Of a DNA stretch of 64,000 bases, positions 1-12,829 are shown piece after piece (within the stretch, counting starts at the first letter, position 1; every line of letters begins with the position of its first letter). Below the pieces are notes generated by a model. That model searched no databases. It was not told the DNA's origin and worked only from the letters and a program-made list of their open reading frames with translations. This stretch comes from Azolla caroliniana (Eukaryota; Plantae; Polypodiophyta), in contig JBHGNT010000001.1 of the NCBI GenBank assembly GCA_043228905.1, positions 21,266,001-21,330,000 of the forward strand, written 5' to 3'. The position numbers and the translations under genes are program-made.

Positions 1-6
1 CGGGAA

Positions 7-2982
7 ATGGCCGTTTCACAGGGCGTGAAAGCGTCGCAACTGGAAGAGGTGAACCTAGGCACCACGGACGAAGCAAAACCGGTGCACATCGCCAAGGAGA
101 TGAAGTCCGAAGACAAAACGGCGATGATAACACTTCTCACGGAATTCGGCGATGTGTTCGCCTGGTCATACGAAGATATGCGAGGACTCGACCCTCAGTT
201 ATACCAGCATCAAGTGCACTTGAGCAAGGACGCAAAACCAGTGGCACAAAGACGGTACCGGATGAATCCCAATTATGCCGCCAAGGTCAAGGAGGAAATC
301 GACAAGCTACTAAGAGTTGGCTTTATCCGTCCGGTAAAGAAAGCGACATGGCTGAGCCCGATCATAGTCGTACCGAAGAAGAACGGAAAAATTCGAGTTT
401 GCGTGGACTACCGGAAACTCAATGCGGCTACGGTAACGGATGTGTTTCCACTTCCGTTCACAGATGGAGTGTTGGATGCCGTCGCCGGCCATGAGGTCTA
501 TAGCTTCCTAGACGGATTCAGCGGGTATAATCAGATTCGGATGCACCCCGACGACCAAGAGAAAACGGCATTCGTCACCGAATGGGGGGTCTTTGTGGCC
601 GTGGTGATGATGTCCGGACTCAAAACGGCACTGGCAACATTTCAACGAATCATCATGGAAATCTTTGGTGAATATATACCGGCTTTTATGCAGGTTTTCC
701 TTGACGATTTCGCAGTCTATAGCCGGGAGGAGGACCATTTTCAGCACCTCCGTCTTTGTCTAGGAAAGTGTAGAGCGTACCGGCTAAGCTTGAATCCAGC
801 AAAGTGTGTATTTGGCGTGTCCAGTGGAACCTTATTAGGACATATTGTGAGCACGGAAGGTATTGCAGTCGACCCGGACAAAGTGAAAGCCATATTAGAA
901 GCACCGGCGCCGATAACGGCAAAGGCATTAAGCCGGTTCTTAGGCCAGATCCGGTGGCACAACCGGATGCTCCGATACTTGGCCGACCTGGCTACACCGT
1001 TGCATGCCGCCGTACATCAGACACCATTCCAGTGGACCGACACGGAGGATAGGGCGTATAGGGCCCTCAAGGTACTATTGTCGCAGGCACCGGTAGTGCA
1101 GCCTCCGGATTGGAGTAAAGAATTTCATGTGTTCGTGGACGCCTCCGACATCGCAATCGGAAGCGTACTAATGCAGCTTACGGAACCAAAGTGGTACCGG
1201 CCAGTGTACTATGCCAGCCGGAAGCTATCCCAAGCAAAACAGAACTACTCTACTACGGAACGGGAAGCTCTAGGGATGATCTACAGTGTGACAAAGTTTC
1301 GGCATTATTTATTGGGAAGGAAGTTTTCCTTCCATGTAGATCATTCGGCACTCCTTTTCCTGGTGTCCAAAGCATCACTCACCGGCAAATTGGCCCGGTG
1401 GACCTTACTGTTATAGGAGTTCGAGTTTGAAATATTCCACCGACCCGGTATACAGCATGCCGTAGCGGATTACTTAAGCCGATTGGAGTCCGGAGAGATG
1501 GGTGACGAAGTACCGGATGAGTTTCCGGATGCGGAGCTGTTTCGAGTCACTACGGAGACGGCAGTAGATGAGACAGTGGCCCAGGAAGACAAGTGGCTCA
1601 CAAATATGCACTAGTTTCTGAGCACAGGACTGCCTCCAGAAGAGCTGAACCGGGACGAACGGAAACGCCTGGCGGTGCAAAGCCGGCATTTCTGCTTACT
1701 ACAAGACACACTGTACCACAAGGGCGCGGACGGCATATGGAGACGGGCGGTGCGCAGCGATGAAAAGGAACTGATATTGAGGAAAGCCCATTGCGGAGTG
1801 GCCGGAGGTCACTATGCCGGAGATGCGACGGCCAGAAAAATATGGCAAAGTGGCCTATGGTGGCCAACGACATTAAGAGATGCGGTACGGTACGCAAAAG
1901 AATGTGACCTATGCCAGAGAATGGGCCAGCCAACGGAGCAGGCTTGTATGCCACACCAGCCGGTACTACCACTCGAGCCATTCCAAAAGTGGGGGCTGGA
2001 CTTTGTAGGATCGTTCAAGCCACCGGCAATGAGAACGGGTAATCGGTACGTTATCGTTGCTACGGATTACTGCACGAAATGGGTGGAGGCCAAAGCTTTA
2101 CGGGATAACACCGCTGCGTCAACGACAAAGTTTCTATATGAGTACATCTGGTGCCGTTACGGATGCCCCATTGAATTGATAAGTGACCAAGGGGGGCACT
2201 TTCTCGGACAAGTAGTGGAAAGCCTAACGACCTTCTATGCCGTTGTACACAAACGGAGCACACCTTACTATCCACAGGCGAATGGTTTAGCGGAATCAAC
2301 AAACAAGATGCTCCAGAATATCCTCCGGAAGATCGTCAACGAAAACCGGACGGATTGGGACACAAAGCTACATAGCGCGCTTTGGGCATACCGGACGGCA
2401 TACAAAACGAGCATCCAAACAACACCGTTCCGGTTGGCGTTCGAACTCGAGGCGGTCATGCCGGTAGAATTCCAAGTACCTAGCTTACGGATCCAGCTAC
2501 GGGAAAGGCTGAACGAGAAGGAGTTGGAGGCAATAAGGTTGACAGCGCTGTGTGAGCTCGAGGAACAACGATTGGCCAGCATCCTACATTTAGAATTGGA
2601 GCAACGACGACGGAAAGCATTTGTCGACCGGCACAGGAAAGGTAACGAAAAAATGTTCCCAATCGGCAAACCGGTGTTAGTATTCCAAACCCGGATGGGC
2701 AAGATGCCAGGTAAGCTACGGTTTAGATGGACCGGACCATATTGGCTAACACGGGAGTATAATGGGTCCTACCAATTAGGGACACTTGCCGGCGAAGTAC
2801 TAGGCAAATGGGTCAACGGATTCCGGTTAAAGGCATATAGAGGACCGATGCCTAAGAACCAATTTGGGCAAAGGACTGACACCAGTGAGGGCAACGGCAA
2901 CCACCAAGACGGCAAAGAAGGCGAGCCGGTAACTGGGGAGAATGACGTCGGTAAGGGTCCGAGAGGACCAACGGACAAGTGA
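7..2982 (+). pseudogene. Element A pol (RT, RNase H, integrase), two in-frame stops
   Basis: Motifs VCVDYRKLN, FLDGFSGY, FLDD, VDASD, HCG..H/C..C zinc finger, WGLDF, ISDQG. ORFs 7-1416 and 1675-2982 share a frame; TAG at 1414 and 1612 where element C has CAG. Confidence 0.93.
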
Positions 2983-3354
2983 CGTCACACTAATAATAAT
3001 AATAACTAAAAAAAAAAAAAAACAATCATGCAAAAGCGAGGAATGAATGGATGAAAGAGCGAGGAGCAAAAAGGTACGTAGTGGGCATTTAAAGCGCCAC
3101 CACAGGACATAATGCTATTTTAAGTACGCGACATGCACACACTCGAAAAAGGCGCCAGAATGCACAGACAAAAACCAGTGCGCGTAGAGACCCTCTACTT
3201 TCGCGAACCCAGGAGCACAGAAGCACCAAGACGTTGCAATATCATCAGACGAGAACCTGCGCACAGAGAACCCCCACCTTCTGAACTCTCTCTTTCTCAA
3301 CCTCACTCTCATCACCATCCATCCTCGCCACCGCAATCCGACCCCGACACAGAG

Positions 3355-6096
3355 ATGGACCTGCAAACGCTGTCGGAAGCCGCCAAGACATGGCTGAAGC
3401 AACACGGGCTCGAGGGCTTCTTGATGATGATGGAAGTACCGCCACACAAAGAAGCCGACAAAGTGATCAAGGAAATCGATACAGAGGTCATAACGGCAGA
3501 GGCGATTCGAGCGTTAACAGGCCTTCCGGAGGGAGGCATACTCACGATCGACAATCCAACCCCGGAGCAACTCATCAGGTATTTTGGTGAGTACTCTCTA
3601 GCCAGCAAGGGCTACCGGACACAGGGCGGCGGAGATATGTTGTTCCGCGAAATTGCTCGTGTGCTCCATGAATACGGCCAAATGTACCCTAGACCCCCTG
3701 TCATGCCGCAGAACCGGGCAGGGATGATCATCGCCACCTATGAAGGGATCAAGGTGGATTGGCCGATATTGATCGCAGACGGGTTGTGTGCGGCGATCGA
3801 GATCGTCAGAGGCAAAGACGGCAAAGAAGGCCGAGACGGACGGAGGATATGGCACGCCGTAACGCAGTGGCTCACCTTGCTTGTGCCACCCGTTTAGACC
3901 ATCCAGCCCAAGAAGCGAGGAAGAGTGGCGGACGGCACCCCAAGGACGGCTTCCAAACAGCAACAGTTGTTGGCCTCTAAGGCCACTAAGGAAAAGGCGG
4001 CGGATGCAGAACAGGCGGCAGCAGGAAGCAGCAGCCGGAAGCGCCCAACGGAGGCGCAGGAGGAACCACCGGCACGGCCCATAAAGGTCACACTCCGCCG
4101 ACCGGTGAATCGAGAAGCGGACCCCTTGGCGGCAAAACTCAATGCCGGAGCTCAGGAGGAGGAAATAGAGGAGGAGCCTACGGAACACCTCCAGCAACGG
4201 TCGACGGCAAGGACCGTTGAGACAGCCGGGAAACGTTCGGACCCTCAGACGGAGGGAACACCGGCTCCCCATACTGAGACTCCCACGCCAAGGAAGGAAC
4301 CGGAACCTGTGCAGAAGGAACCGGAAACAGAAGCCCCGGCACCACTGGCAACACCGGCAAGTCCCATCCCGCCAGAGCCGGAAAGGTCACTGCAACCTCC
4401 CTCAATCAGCCAAGAAGAAGCGCAAGGGGAACCAGGACAGCAGGATGGTCCACGGGCAGAAACGGAACTGCAACTCAGCGCAACCAGGCGGGACCACCCC
4501 TCTACAAGTGAGCCCATCTGTCAAACCTCCGTGCAAGCACAACAAGGCACCGGTAGCCTGTGGCTCCGGTGGATAGGCGAACAGATAGCCGGAGCAGTGG
4601 GGTATATTGAGGCGGAAGAAAGAGCGCAAAGCGAACGGTTGCTCGTCACAACCGAACAACTAGAGACGGTCTGGTCCAGAATCCGGTGCCTTGAAAAAGA
4701 CTTGGATCAGGTCACGACAGAGATGGCCAAAATACAGATCCAATCACCGGTGACTCCGGTAAGTGTACAGAATAAAGAAACGGAACGACCTGTACATAGC
4801 AATAAGACCCCGGCAACGGAAACCGTTCCGGCGAGAGATGTGGCGCAAGCCCAGGAGCTTGCGGAATTGAGAGATAAACTTGCCGCACAAGAGGTGCTAA
4901 GGAGCCGTGAACGAGAATTGAAGACGGCGGCCGAAGCCGAATTAAAGAAGACGGTTGAGAACCTCCGTCGGGCAGAGGAGAGCCTCCGGAAAGGCCATCA
5001 AGCGTATGACCGGCTAAAGGAGGAGAAAGACAAAGTGCTGCAGGAAAAGGACAAGCTGCGGAAAATGGCGGAAACAGAGATTGAACGGCTAAAGGAAGAG
5101 CTCCGCCAGTAGAAGGACCACGAGGACCGAGCCCGTCGTCAGATCAACGCACGGCTCAAGCAAAAGACGGATGATTTTGAGCACCTGCACCGGGACTACA
5201 AACGGCTAGAAACGGAGCATAAAGAACGGATGGCCGAGCTCCAACAGGCAGTTGATCGGGCCGCGACGGCAATCGCCGACAAACGGGCAGAAAATACAAG
5301 ACGCTTGGACGAGGCGGAGAAGGTCCGGATGGAGCTCCAGAGGCAGCAGCAGGAAGACAAAGAGAGAGCGTCAACAGTATTGCAGAAATTACAAAGCACA
5401 TATCAAAGGCAATTGACGCATTACAAGGCGCAACCGGAGGACAACGTCAAAATCATCAAACAACTGAAGGAGGAACGGCAAGCGGCGGAAACCAAATCGC
5501 AATTGGGAACGAGCCGGATTCAGTCCATCCTCCGGGCATGGCTGAATCAGACAAAACACTTGATTGATGAAAGCTCCGTAAAATGGTGGACAAAGTGGGC
5601 ACAAAACGCGGCGGAACTCCAGTTGCTACGTGCGGATGTGGCAAACCGGCGGAAGGAAGGAGATGACTTCACCGCCATACGGGACGAGCTGGCTGACGAC
5701 TTCCAAGTCCTGGTAGATGAACAGCTGGCGCAGGTCAGGCAACTCGTAGCTCAACTGGACGATGATAGGCTGGACACTCAAATCCAGTTTGAAAGCTATG
5801 AGCGGTCCCGGGTGCGGGAAGAAAAAGCACGGGAAGCGGCAACGGTTAACCTTAGTGATGAGGAATCGTCGCCGGTTGAGGGCCAGCTAGGAACCAGTCA
5901 ACCGGAGACGCAGGGAGCAATGACGGAGACGCCGGTGTCAGAGCCACAAACGGAGGAGCAGCCGCAGCAACCACCAACGGACCCGCCGCAGCAGACAGCA
6001 ACAGAGCAACAACAACAACAACAACAACAACCACTTCCAAATGAACCATTGGAGCCTCTCGAACAAAGCATTCTAGACATTTTGGACGAAGAATAA
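3355..6096 (+). pseudogene. Element A extra 3' ORF (globular N-domain plus long coiled-coil-like region), two in-frame stops
   Basis: ORFs 3133-3897, 3925-5112 and 5230-6096 are in one frame and colinear with the intact C ORF; start MDLQTLSE chosen by alignment to C and B. Confidence 0.85.
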
Positions 6097-6108
6097 CAAG
6101 GGTCGGTT

Positions 6109-6150
6109 GTGGATTCGACGTACAAGGTACTGTCCCACGGGCGTGCCATG
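6109..6150 (+). other. Hairpin plus tRNA-3'-like (CCA) motif at the PPT position of A
   Basis: GTGG ATTC GAC GTAC AAG GTAC T GTC CCAC GGGCGTGCCA TG, then LTR; no purine tract. Confidence 0.8.
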
Positions 6151-6580
6151 TGTTACCGGCCGGCAAAGGAGTCTAGAGTGGGAAATGGAGAGATAATTAA
6201 GTAGTAGGAATGTGGTTGTAATTAAGCTATGAGTGTGGACGGACGGACCGGAAACGGTATGCCGTTCCGGATCCGGACCGATCCCGAACAGGTGCGGATG
6301 GCACCGTTTTGTAATACAGACCGGAAACCTATTTAAAGGCCCGGATACAATGTAATAGTTAGCGGTTAATTAAGGAAAGCTTAAGCGTTGTTATCTCTCT
6401 GTGTTAATTGTCGTTTTGTCTTAATTGTTATATCTTACGCGTGTTATGAAAGACGATCCTAATAACTTAATTAAGTCGGATTAAGCGTTGAAGTCTAATC
6501 CGGTTGCCATAACACCCTTTGGTGAAGTGTCTCCCGTAGACACCCTGTGTTAGGTCATTTTCCGGCCCGAAGAGTTAACA
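6151..6580 (+). repeat. 3' LTR of element A (430 bp)
   Basis: TG...CA ends; block homology to C LTRs; TATTTAAA box. Confidence 0.9.
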
Positions 6581-8048
6581 GAAAAGCTAGAAAAGGGTCA
6601 ATCTTCGTGACGAGACACGAAGCAAACTCGATGAAAAAGATCACCCCGAAGGCGGACGAGGTGTGGTACGTCGACTCCGGCACATCAACCCACATGACGT
6701 GCCACAAGGAGTGGTTCTCGTACCTGGAAAAAACCGATGCAACCGAGAGTAGTCGCGAGCGGAGACGACACTCTGCATCCAATCGCGAATGTCGGTGAAG
6801 TTCCCTTGAGCCATGTCGGGCAGAAAGGGAAACTTATGAACGTGTTACACATCCCGACAATCACAAAGAATCTGGTGTCGGTCGGGCAGAAAGGGAAACT
6901 TATGAATGTGTTACACATCCCGACAATCACGAAGAATCTGGTGTCGGTCGGGCAGATCGTCGACCAGGGGATGCAAGTCCGGTTCATGCATCTTGGGTGT
7001 TTCATCAAGGAAGAAGGTCGAGTTATTGCACAAGGCCGTAGAGACGGGAGGATGTTTATCCTCGACTCTAGTGACGGTGGCACTGCAATGTTCGCGAAAG
7101 GACAAAAAGTCGAGTCAGATATTGACTTATGGCACAAGAGGATAGGCCACGTCAACTATCAATGGCTTCAGGACCTGCAATCGAAACAGGTGGTGTTCGG
7201 ATTTCCCAAATTTAGTGGCCGGAAGGCACAAATTTATGAAGCCTGCCAACTAGGGAAGCAACACTGACTTCCCTTCCCTAACAAGCGTAACTGGAGCCGG
7301 AACAAGCTCGACTTGATACATTCTGATGTATGGGGGCCGACACAGAACGTTAGTCTTGGTGGGAGTCGACATTTCGTCTCCTTCATCGACAACTATACGC
7401 GGCACACGTGGATCTACCTCATCGAGAAGAAGAGTGAAGTTTTCGACTGTTTCCAGGACCTCAAAGGGTTCGTGGAAACGGAAACAGGACGAAAGATCAA
7501 GTGCTTGCAGTCGGATGGCGAAAAAGAGTACTTTTTTGGTCAATTCAACGGCTATCTGCAATAGATGGGAATTCGGCGCGAATTCAGTTGTAGATACATG
7601 CCGGAGCAAAACGGCGTGGCCGAGAGGAAGAACTGGTCAATTGTAGAAGCGGCACGGGAAATGCTAGAGGAGAAGAGCTTGCCCAAGTTCTATTGGGCCG
7701 AGGCGGTACGAACCGCGGTGTACATTCAGAATCGGATCAGAGAAAAAGTGTCAGCGCATGAGCTGTATTTCGGAAGGAAGCCGAATCTGCGACACTTGAG
7801 AGTTTTCAGTAGCATTGCGTATGTGCATGTGCTGAAGGAGAAACGGAGGAAGTTGGACGCGAAAGCTGAGAAGTGTATCTTGGTCGGCTATTGGGACGAG
7901 CAGAAATAACCCTCGCACCAAACAAGCATGCGTGAGCCGCGACATTGTGTTTGACGAGTCCACGTCCTAGTACTTGCCTCCAACTCCGGACCTCACCTCT
8001 AATCCGAGTTCTGACGATGAGGTCAGCGAGGCCGAGTTTCCTTCGGAT
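6581..8048 (+). pseudogene. Copia E gag end, protease and integrase
   Basis: WYVDSG, LWHKRIGH..C..C zinc finger, IHSDVWGP, QNGVAERKN; stops and frameshifts. Confidence 0.88.
6815..6946 (+). repeat. 66-bp in-frame tandem duplication in copia E protease region
   Basis: VGQKGKLMNVLHIPTITKNLVS twice; GTCGGGCAGA microhomology at the junctions; 2 differences between copies. Confidence 0.9.
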
Positions 8049-8504
8049 TGTTAATCGGCTAATTACTAACTACTACCGATACAGAAGAGTGAACGTCGCT
8101 ACTCAACGTTCTAACAAGGAATTGTGTTTTACGAACGGAAATATACTATATTAATCGGTAATTACCGTGATCGTTACTTAGTTATAAATTAGGAAGATTG
8201 CACTTAACAACATAGACAATAGAAAGAACACAAAATCCGTACATGATATTCCTAACTTAAACTTATATTACTAAATAAACGACCTTTCTTACAATGCCTT
8301 CGGTTCCCTTTTATAGGTATACCGAAGGTCTTTTCTCATCAAGAACTATTCCTACTTACTATCAAGAATTACAAAATTATCTAACTAACTTAGTTCTCTT
8401 TGTTCACTGCTGAGTCATTGATCCGAACAGTCGATCCGAACCGACTCCGTTTTCGACGCTTTCCCACTTGTTCGGTAAAACTGACTGTCCGGGTCCGGGT
8501 AACA
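8049..8504 (-). repeat. 3' LTR of B
   Basis: TGTTA...TAACA; direct repeat of 11678-12133. Confidence 0.95.
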
Positions 8505-8506
8505 CT

Positions 8507-8546
8507 TGGCACGTCCGTGGGCCAGGACCTTGTCCAGCGAACCCAC
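8507..8546 (-). other. Hairpin plus tRNA-3'-like motif at the PPT position of B
   Basis: Minus strand GTGG GTTC GCT GGAC AAG GTCC T GGC CCAC GGACGTGCCA AG, then LTR. Confidence 0.8.
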
Positions 8547-8554
8547 GCCTATTC

Positions 8555-11017
8555 CTATAGCTCTTCATCCGAATCGTTCAGAATATCAAAAATCGAAGGC
8601 TCTTCTGGCCTTGGATGTATTCCATCTATATTTTCCTCTTCATCTTCATCTTCATCTGTGTCACAGTCGTCATTCGGAGCAGGTTTTGAATGTTGTGATT
8701 CGGTTGGCTGCTCTGGTTCACTTCTTTCGGGAGCTTGAAGACCAGGAGTCTTGCTGGTTCTTTCGGCTTCGATTTTATCCAACTGGACGGAAGTGCCTAT
8801 ATCATTTTTGTCGAATTCTTGCATAATACGTTGAATTTCTTCTCTGTAAAATGCCGCAATTTCGTCCATATCTTTCATGATATCCTCTTGGATATTGTCA
8901 ATATCCTTTTGTGCCATTTTAAAAAAACCTGCACCTTGGACCTGACGGTTATTTTTGTCGGCACGCAATAACTGTAATTCCGCCGCTTGTGCCGTCCATA
9001 ACTTCCATCCTTGCGCAAGGGATTCATCGATCATTTTCTTTGCTAGGTTTCGATGTTTCCCTATGATGTGCTGCACTTTGTCCTTAGTGATGCTTGCGAC
9101 GTATTGAGCGGTTTGCAACTCTTTCCGTAAATCCGTAATAGTGGCTCGGTTTTCACTTTCAGCCCGCATTAGTTTGGATTCAACTACATATATGTCCAGC
9201 CGCCTTTGTTCCGATATCTTCCGAATTTCGTTCAGTTGTTGTTCGAATGCCGATTTCTCTTTGCTCCATTCCTCCTGGTGTTCCGTAATTCTTCTGTTGA
9301 CTTCTTCAAGACTCCGCTCTTTTTCTGTCAATTGACTTTCCTATGACACTATATACCTTTCGAATTCCTCAATTTGTTCGGTATATGTATGATTGGCAGT
9401 CTTAGCTTCTTCTAGATTTTTCTGTAATTCGTTTATTAATTGATTTTTTTCTTCGAGAACTTTGTATTGGCCATTCTGAATGGTTTCTATTTGTTTTTCT
9501 AATTCTGTAGTTCGAAATACAACATTGTTGGCCCTTGTTGTTTCTGCTTGACGTGCTTTCTCAGCGTCCTCCAATTTCTGCTGCCATTCTGACTCCGACG
9601 CCATAGGCCGTGCCTGTGTTTCCCATTTGTTTAGACTTTCTTTTAGTTCTTTATTTTCTGTCTGTATGTTACAAAACTGATGTTTCAGCACCTCCGCCGA
9701 TGCTGATACACTTTTGTATCTTTCAGCCATATCACTGGCTGCTTTGCGTGCCGTTTCATATTCTCTATGAATTTCGACCAGTGCTTCATGTAATGGTGGC
9801 ATTTCAATAGCCTCCCCTCTATTCTGTGCATTTCTTTTCCGGCCGATTTTCTCTATCTCTGCTTTTTCTTGAGGTTCCAACACTCCTCGTAAGGCCTTCT
9901 GTATCATTATTCGGTCATTATGTTCTTGAGCCAGCCGTTCTGATACTTCTGTCAATCTTTTAGCCAACCATTCAACCAGTTCGTATGAAGTTCCGAACTG
10001 TAAAATGGCAGCTAATTCATGTGCTGCTGGTGGAATATCCAAGCACCCATGTGCTTCCCGAATTGCTACTTTTGAAGATTGTCCTTGTTGAAGTTGTGTC
10101 GAAACGCTCTCATTCCCTGGTTTTATTACTTCTGCTACTACAGGCGTATTCGAATTTTCCTTTGTGCGTTGCCTTTTCGGTGCTGACCCATCACTGTTTT
10201 CTGGTTGGAATTGCCGATTAGCCTTTTGTTTAACCCTTGTCCTTTGTCGCATCTTCTCTGCTTGTTGTCGATTTTCTGTCGGTTGCTGCTTGTTTATCAA
10301 ATGGTCAACTGTTTCTTGTTCAGCTGCTGGTTGCCTGTTTTCGGAATTCTCTGGTCTTGGTGGTTCGGACTGAGGCATATCCGTTTGTATATTATCGGCA
10401 TGTGCCGATTCTTCTTCTATCCATTCTTCATGTACTACCTGTCGGTGTCTTCGAGGTGCTTGTACTATCGGTGGTCTTCTTGACTGAACAGGAGTTTCCG
10501 ATTCTTGAATCGGAAACAATACCGATAGCCAACGACCAAAAATTTGCTTCATTGGTTTTCCTATTTTTACCCCTTGTAGCTGCTCTCTCAGAGCTTCCCC
10601 CGACAATAGTGGCCAGTTGAAATCCTCTTTTTCGTATGCGGCTATGATAAACCCAGCCCTTTTTTTCGGCATACAATAAAAACGGGGACTGACAAATCCC
10701 ACCTCTAGTAAAAATCTAGCCACTTCATGGAAAAACTCATCCCGACCTCCATAAGTCTGATATGCTTTTGCCGAGGGTGAGTATTCCCCGAAATACGATT
10801 GGAGTGCTTCTGATGAAGGTTTTTTAACTGCCTCAAAGCCTCCTCTTGGCATCTGTAATGCATTTCGTATTTTCTTTGTGGTGACCTTGGTGATGTCTAA
10901 TTGTTGTACCAATTCTTCCGCCTGCGGATGAGGTTCCGCTTCTGCTACTTTGATGAAACCTTGTAAGTTTCTCTCATAAAGCCACAGTCGCAGTTCTTCA
11001 GACACAGGAATCGGCAT
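8555..11017 (-). pseudogene. Element B extra ORF, divergent homolog of the A/C extra ORF, one in-frame TAG at 9341-9343
   Basis: Shared motifs YFGEYS, MP..RAG.IIA.YE...(D/N)WP, AAELQLLRAD and C-terminal SI(L/F)DIL; ORFs 9341-11296 and 8555-9331 are in frame. Confidence 0.88.
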
Positions 11018-11399
11018 GACTTCTGTGTTTGCTTGTTCTGAATCACTTGTCGATGACGGTTGGAGATCTGCACAGCTTCTGTAGCGATGAAAATCAGAAA
11101 AACAGAGTTTGGGCGAGCTAGGGCACGAAGGCTCAGAATGTTTCGAGATCTGCACTCGTTTCTGTTGCTTTGGCGACACAGAAGATACAGAAATATGCTT
11201 TAAAGATATTAACTTATGCATTATGACTAAAGAATAGTAATTGCTATTAATGTAGGAATTAATTAGTATTAACTCTACGTGTAGTGGTTGTACCACTTAC
11301 TAATAATCATGCAATTCCTCTTTCTATTTATAGTCGATTCAGACTGTTATGGCAAGATTCTATTTCTGCATTTGACAAGAACTATTGAGTGAGTTAGTT

Positions 11400-11443
<44 letters not shown>

Positions 11444-11654
11444 ATTCTTCCGTTTGTTTTTCGTTTGAAGGTAATTGATCGGATAAGTCAGGAAGTTCCG
11501 ACCACTTTGTGCTTGATTCCGACTGTTCTTGCGCAATGAACGCTTCCTGCACTGCCTTCGTAACTGACCTTGTACGAGGGCGCTTACAACCGACCGATGT
11601 CTCCTCTTCATACGACATCCATTCGATTTGTTCTCTGCTTAATTGCAGATGTAA

Positions 11655-11666
11655 CCGAGCGTGCCA
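11655..11666 (-). promoter_or_regulatory. PBS of B (TGGCACGCTCGG, tRNA-Arg type), 11 nt from the 5' LTR
   Basis: TGG-starting motif after the 5' LTR; resembles the complement of the plant tRNA-Arg(UCU) 3' end as recalled. Confidence 0.7.
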
Positions 11667-11677
11667 AATTTCTTCTG

Positions 11678-12133
11678 TGTTAATCGGCTAATTACTAACT
11701 ACTACCGATACAGAAGAGTGAACGTCGCTACTCAACGTTCTAACAAGGAATTGTGTGTTACGAACGGAAATATACTATATTAATCGGTAATTACCGTGAT
11801 CGTTACTTAGTTATAAATTAGGAAGATTGCACTTAACAACATAGACAATAGAAAGAACACAAAATCCGTACATGATATTCCTAACTTAAACTTATATTAC
11901 TAAATAAACGACCTTTCTTACAATGCCTTCGGTTCCCTTTTATAGGTATACCGAAGGTCTTTTCTCATCAAGAACTATTCCTACTTACTATCAAGAATTA
12001 CAAAATTATCTAACTAACTTAGTTCTCTTTGTTCACTGCTGAGTCATTGATCCGAACAGTCGATCCGAACCGACTCCGTTTTCGACGCTTTCCCACTTGT
12101 TCGGTAAAACTGACTGTCCGGGTCCGGGTAACA
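11678..12133 (-). repeat. 5' LTR of B
   Basis: Direct repeat of 8049-8504, followed by the TSD. Confidence 0.95.
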
Positions 12134-12829
12134 CGGATGAGCTTGAAATCGGGACCCGCGAAGAGAGTCTGATTTCCTTTCAGTTAAGCGGACCGGATGG
12201 ACGACTAAGTCGGTTCGACCAGTCCAATGAAGAGCCGGCGAGTAGTGGAGACTCGGCCATGCATTCCCCGTGCAAGAAGCTGAGGAGACGGCTTACGCGC
12301 AAGGAAAAAGGGAAGAAGAAGGTGTCGGATTACGACTCGGATAAGAATGAGTCGAATCGACACGAGTCCGACTCCGAGGGAAGTGATGACGAGTCTTCAA
12401 GAGCGAAGTCCGTGTCGGCTAAGATAGCCTCAACATCGACTAATGAGCAATTGCGCCGATCTACCCGCCAGAAGAACCCTGTTGTGCGGTTCAGATACAA
12501 TGAGTACATGGCGCATCACTATGCGTACATGACCCGTGTAGCGGAAGTGCGTGAGCCGGAGAGCCACACAGAAGCGGCAAAGGACGCAAATTGGCGCGCC
12601 ACAATGGAGGAAGAGATGCGCGCATTAGCGGAGAATGAAACCTGGGACTTGGTTGACGCACCGAAAGGTGTGAAACCGATCGGATGTAGGTGGGTGTACA
12701 AGTTCAAGTACAACACTAACGGCTCGGTCAACCGATACAAGGCCCGGTTAGTAGCGAAAGGCTACACGCAGAAACACGGCATCGACTACAATGAGACGTT
12801 TGCGCCGGTCGCGAAGATGACGATCGTCC

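Larger units (their letters stand above)
1..6580 (+). mobile_element. Ty3/gypsy element A (Athila-like non-chromovirus), 5' part outside window; inserted in copia E
   Basis: RT-RH-INT order, extra 3' ORF, 3' LTR TGTTACC...GTTAACA (6151-6580); copia gag resumes at 6581. Confidence 0.93.
8049..12133 (-). mobile_element. Element B: non-autonomous LTR element (4.1 kb) without gag-pol, carrying only the extra ORF
   Basis: 456-bp LTRs 8049-8504 and 11678-12133 (one difference seen); TSD CGGAT at 8044-8048 and 12134-12138; PBS on minus strand. Confidence 0.93.

Noticed and set aside
3598-4272. Long antisense ORFs over GC-rich TE coding regions (also 26763-27527)
   Set aside because: Shadow ORFs without motifs, not conserved between A and C
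6109-6150. The motif as a real tRNA gene
   Set aside because: No D arm, anticodon arm or A box; only the T-arm/acceptor 3' side is present
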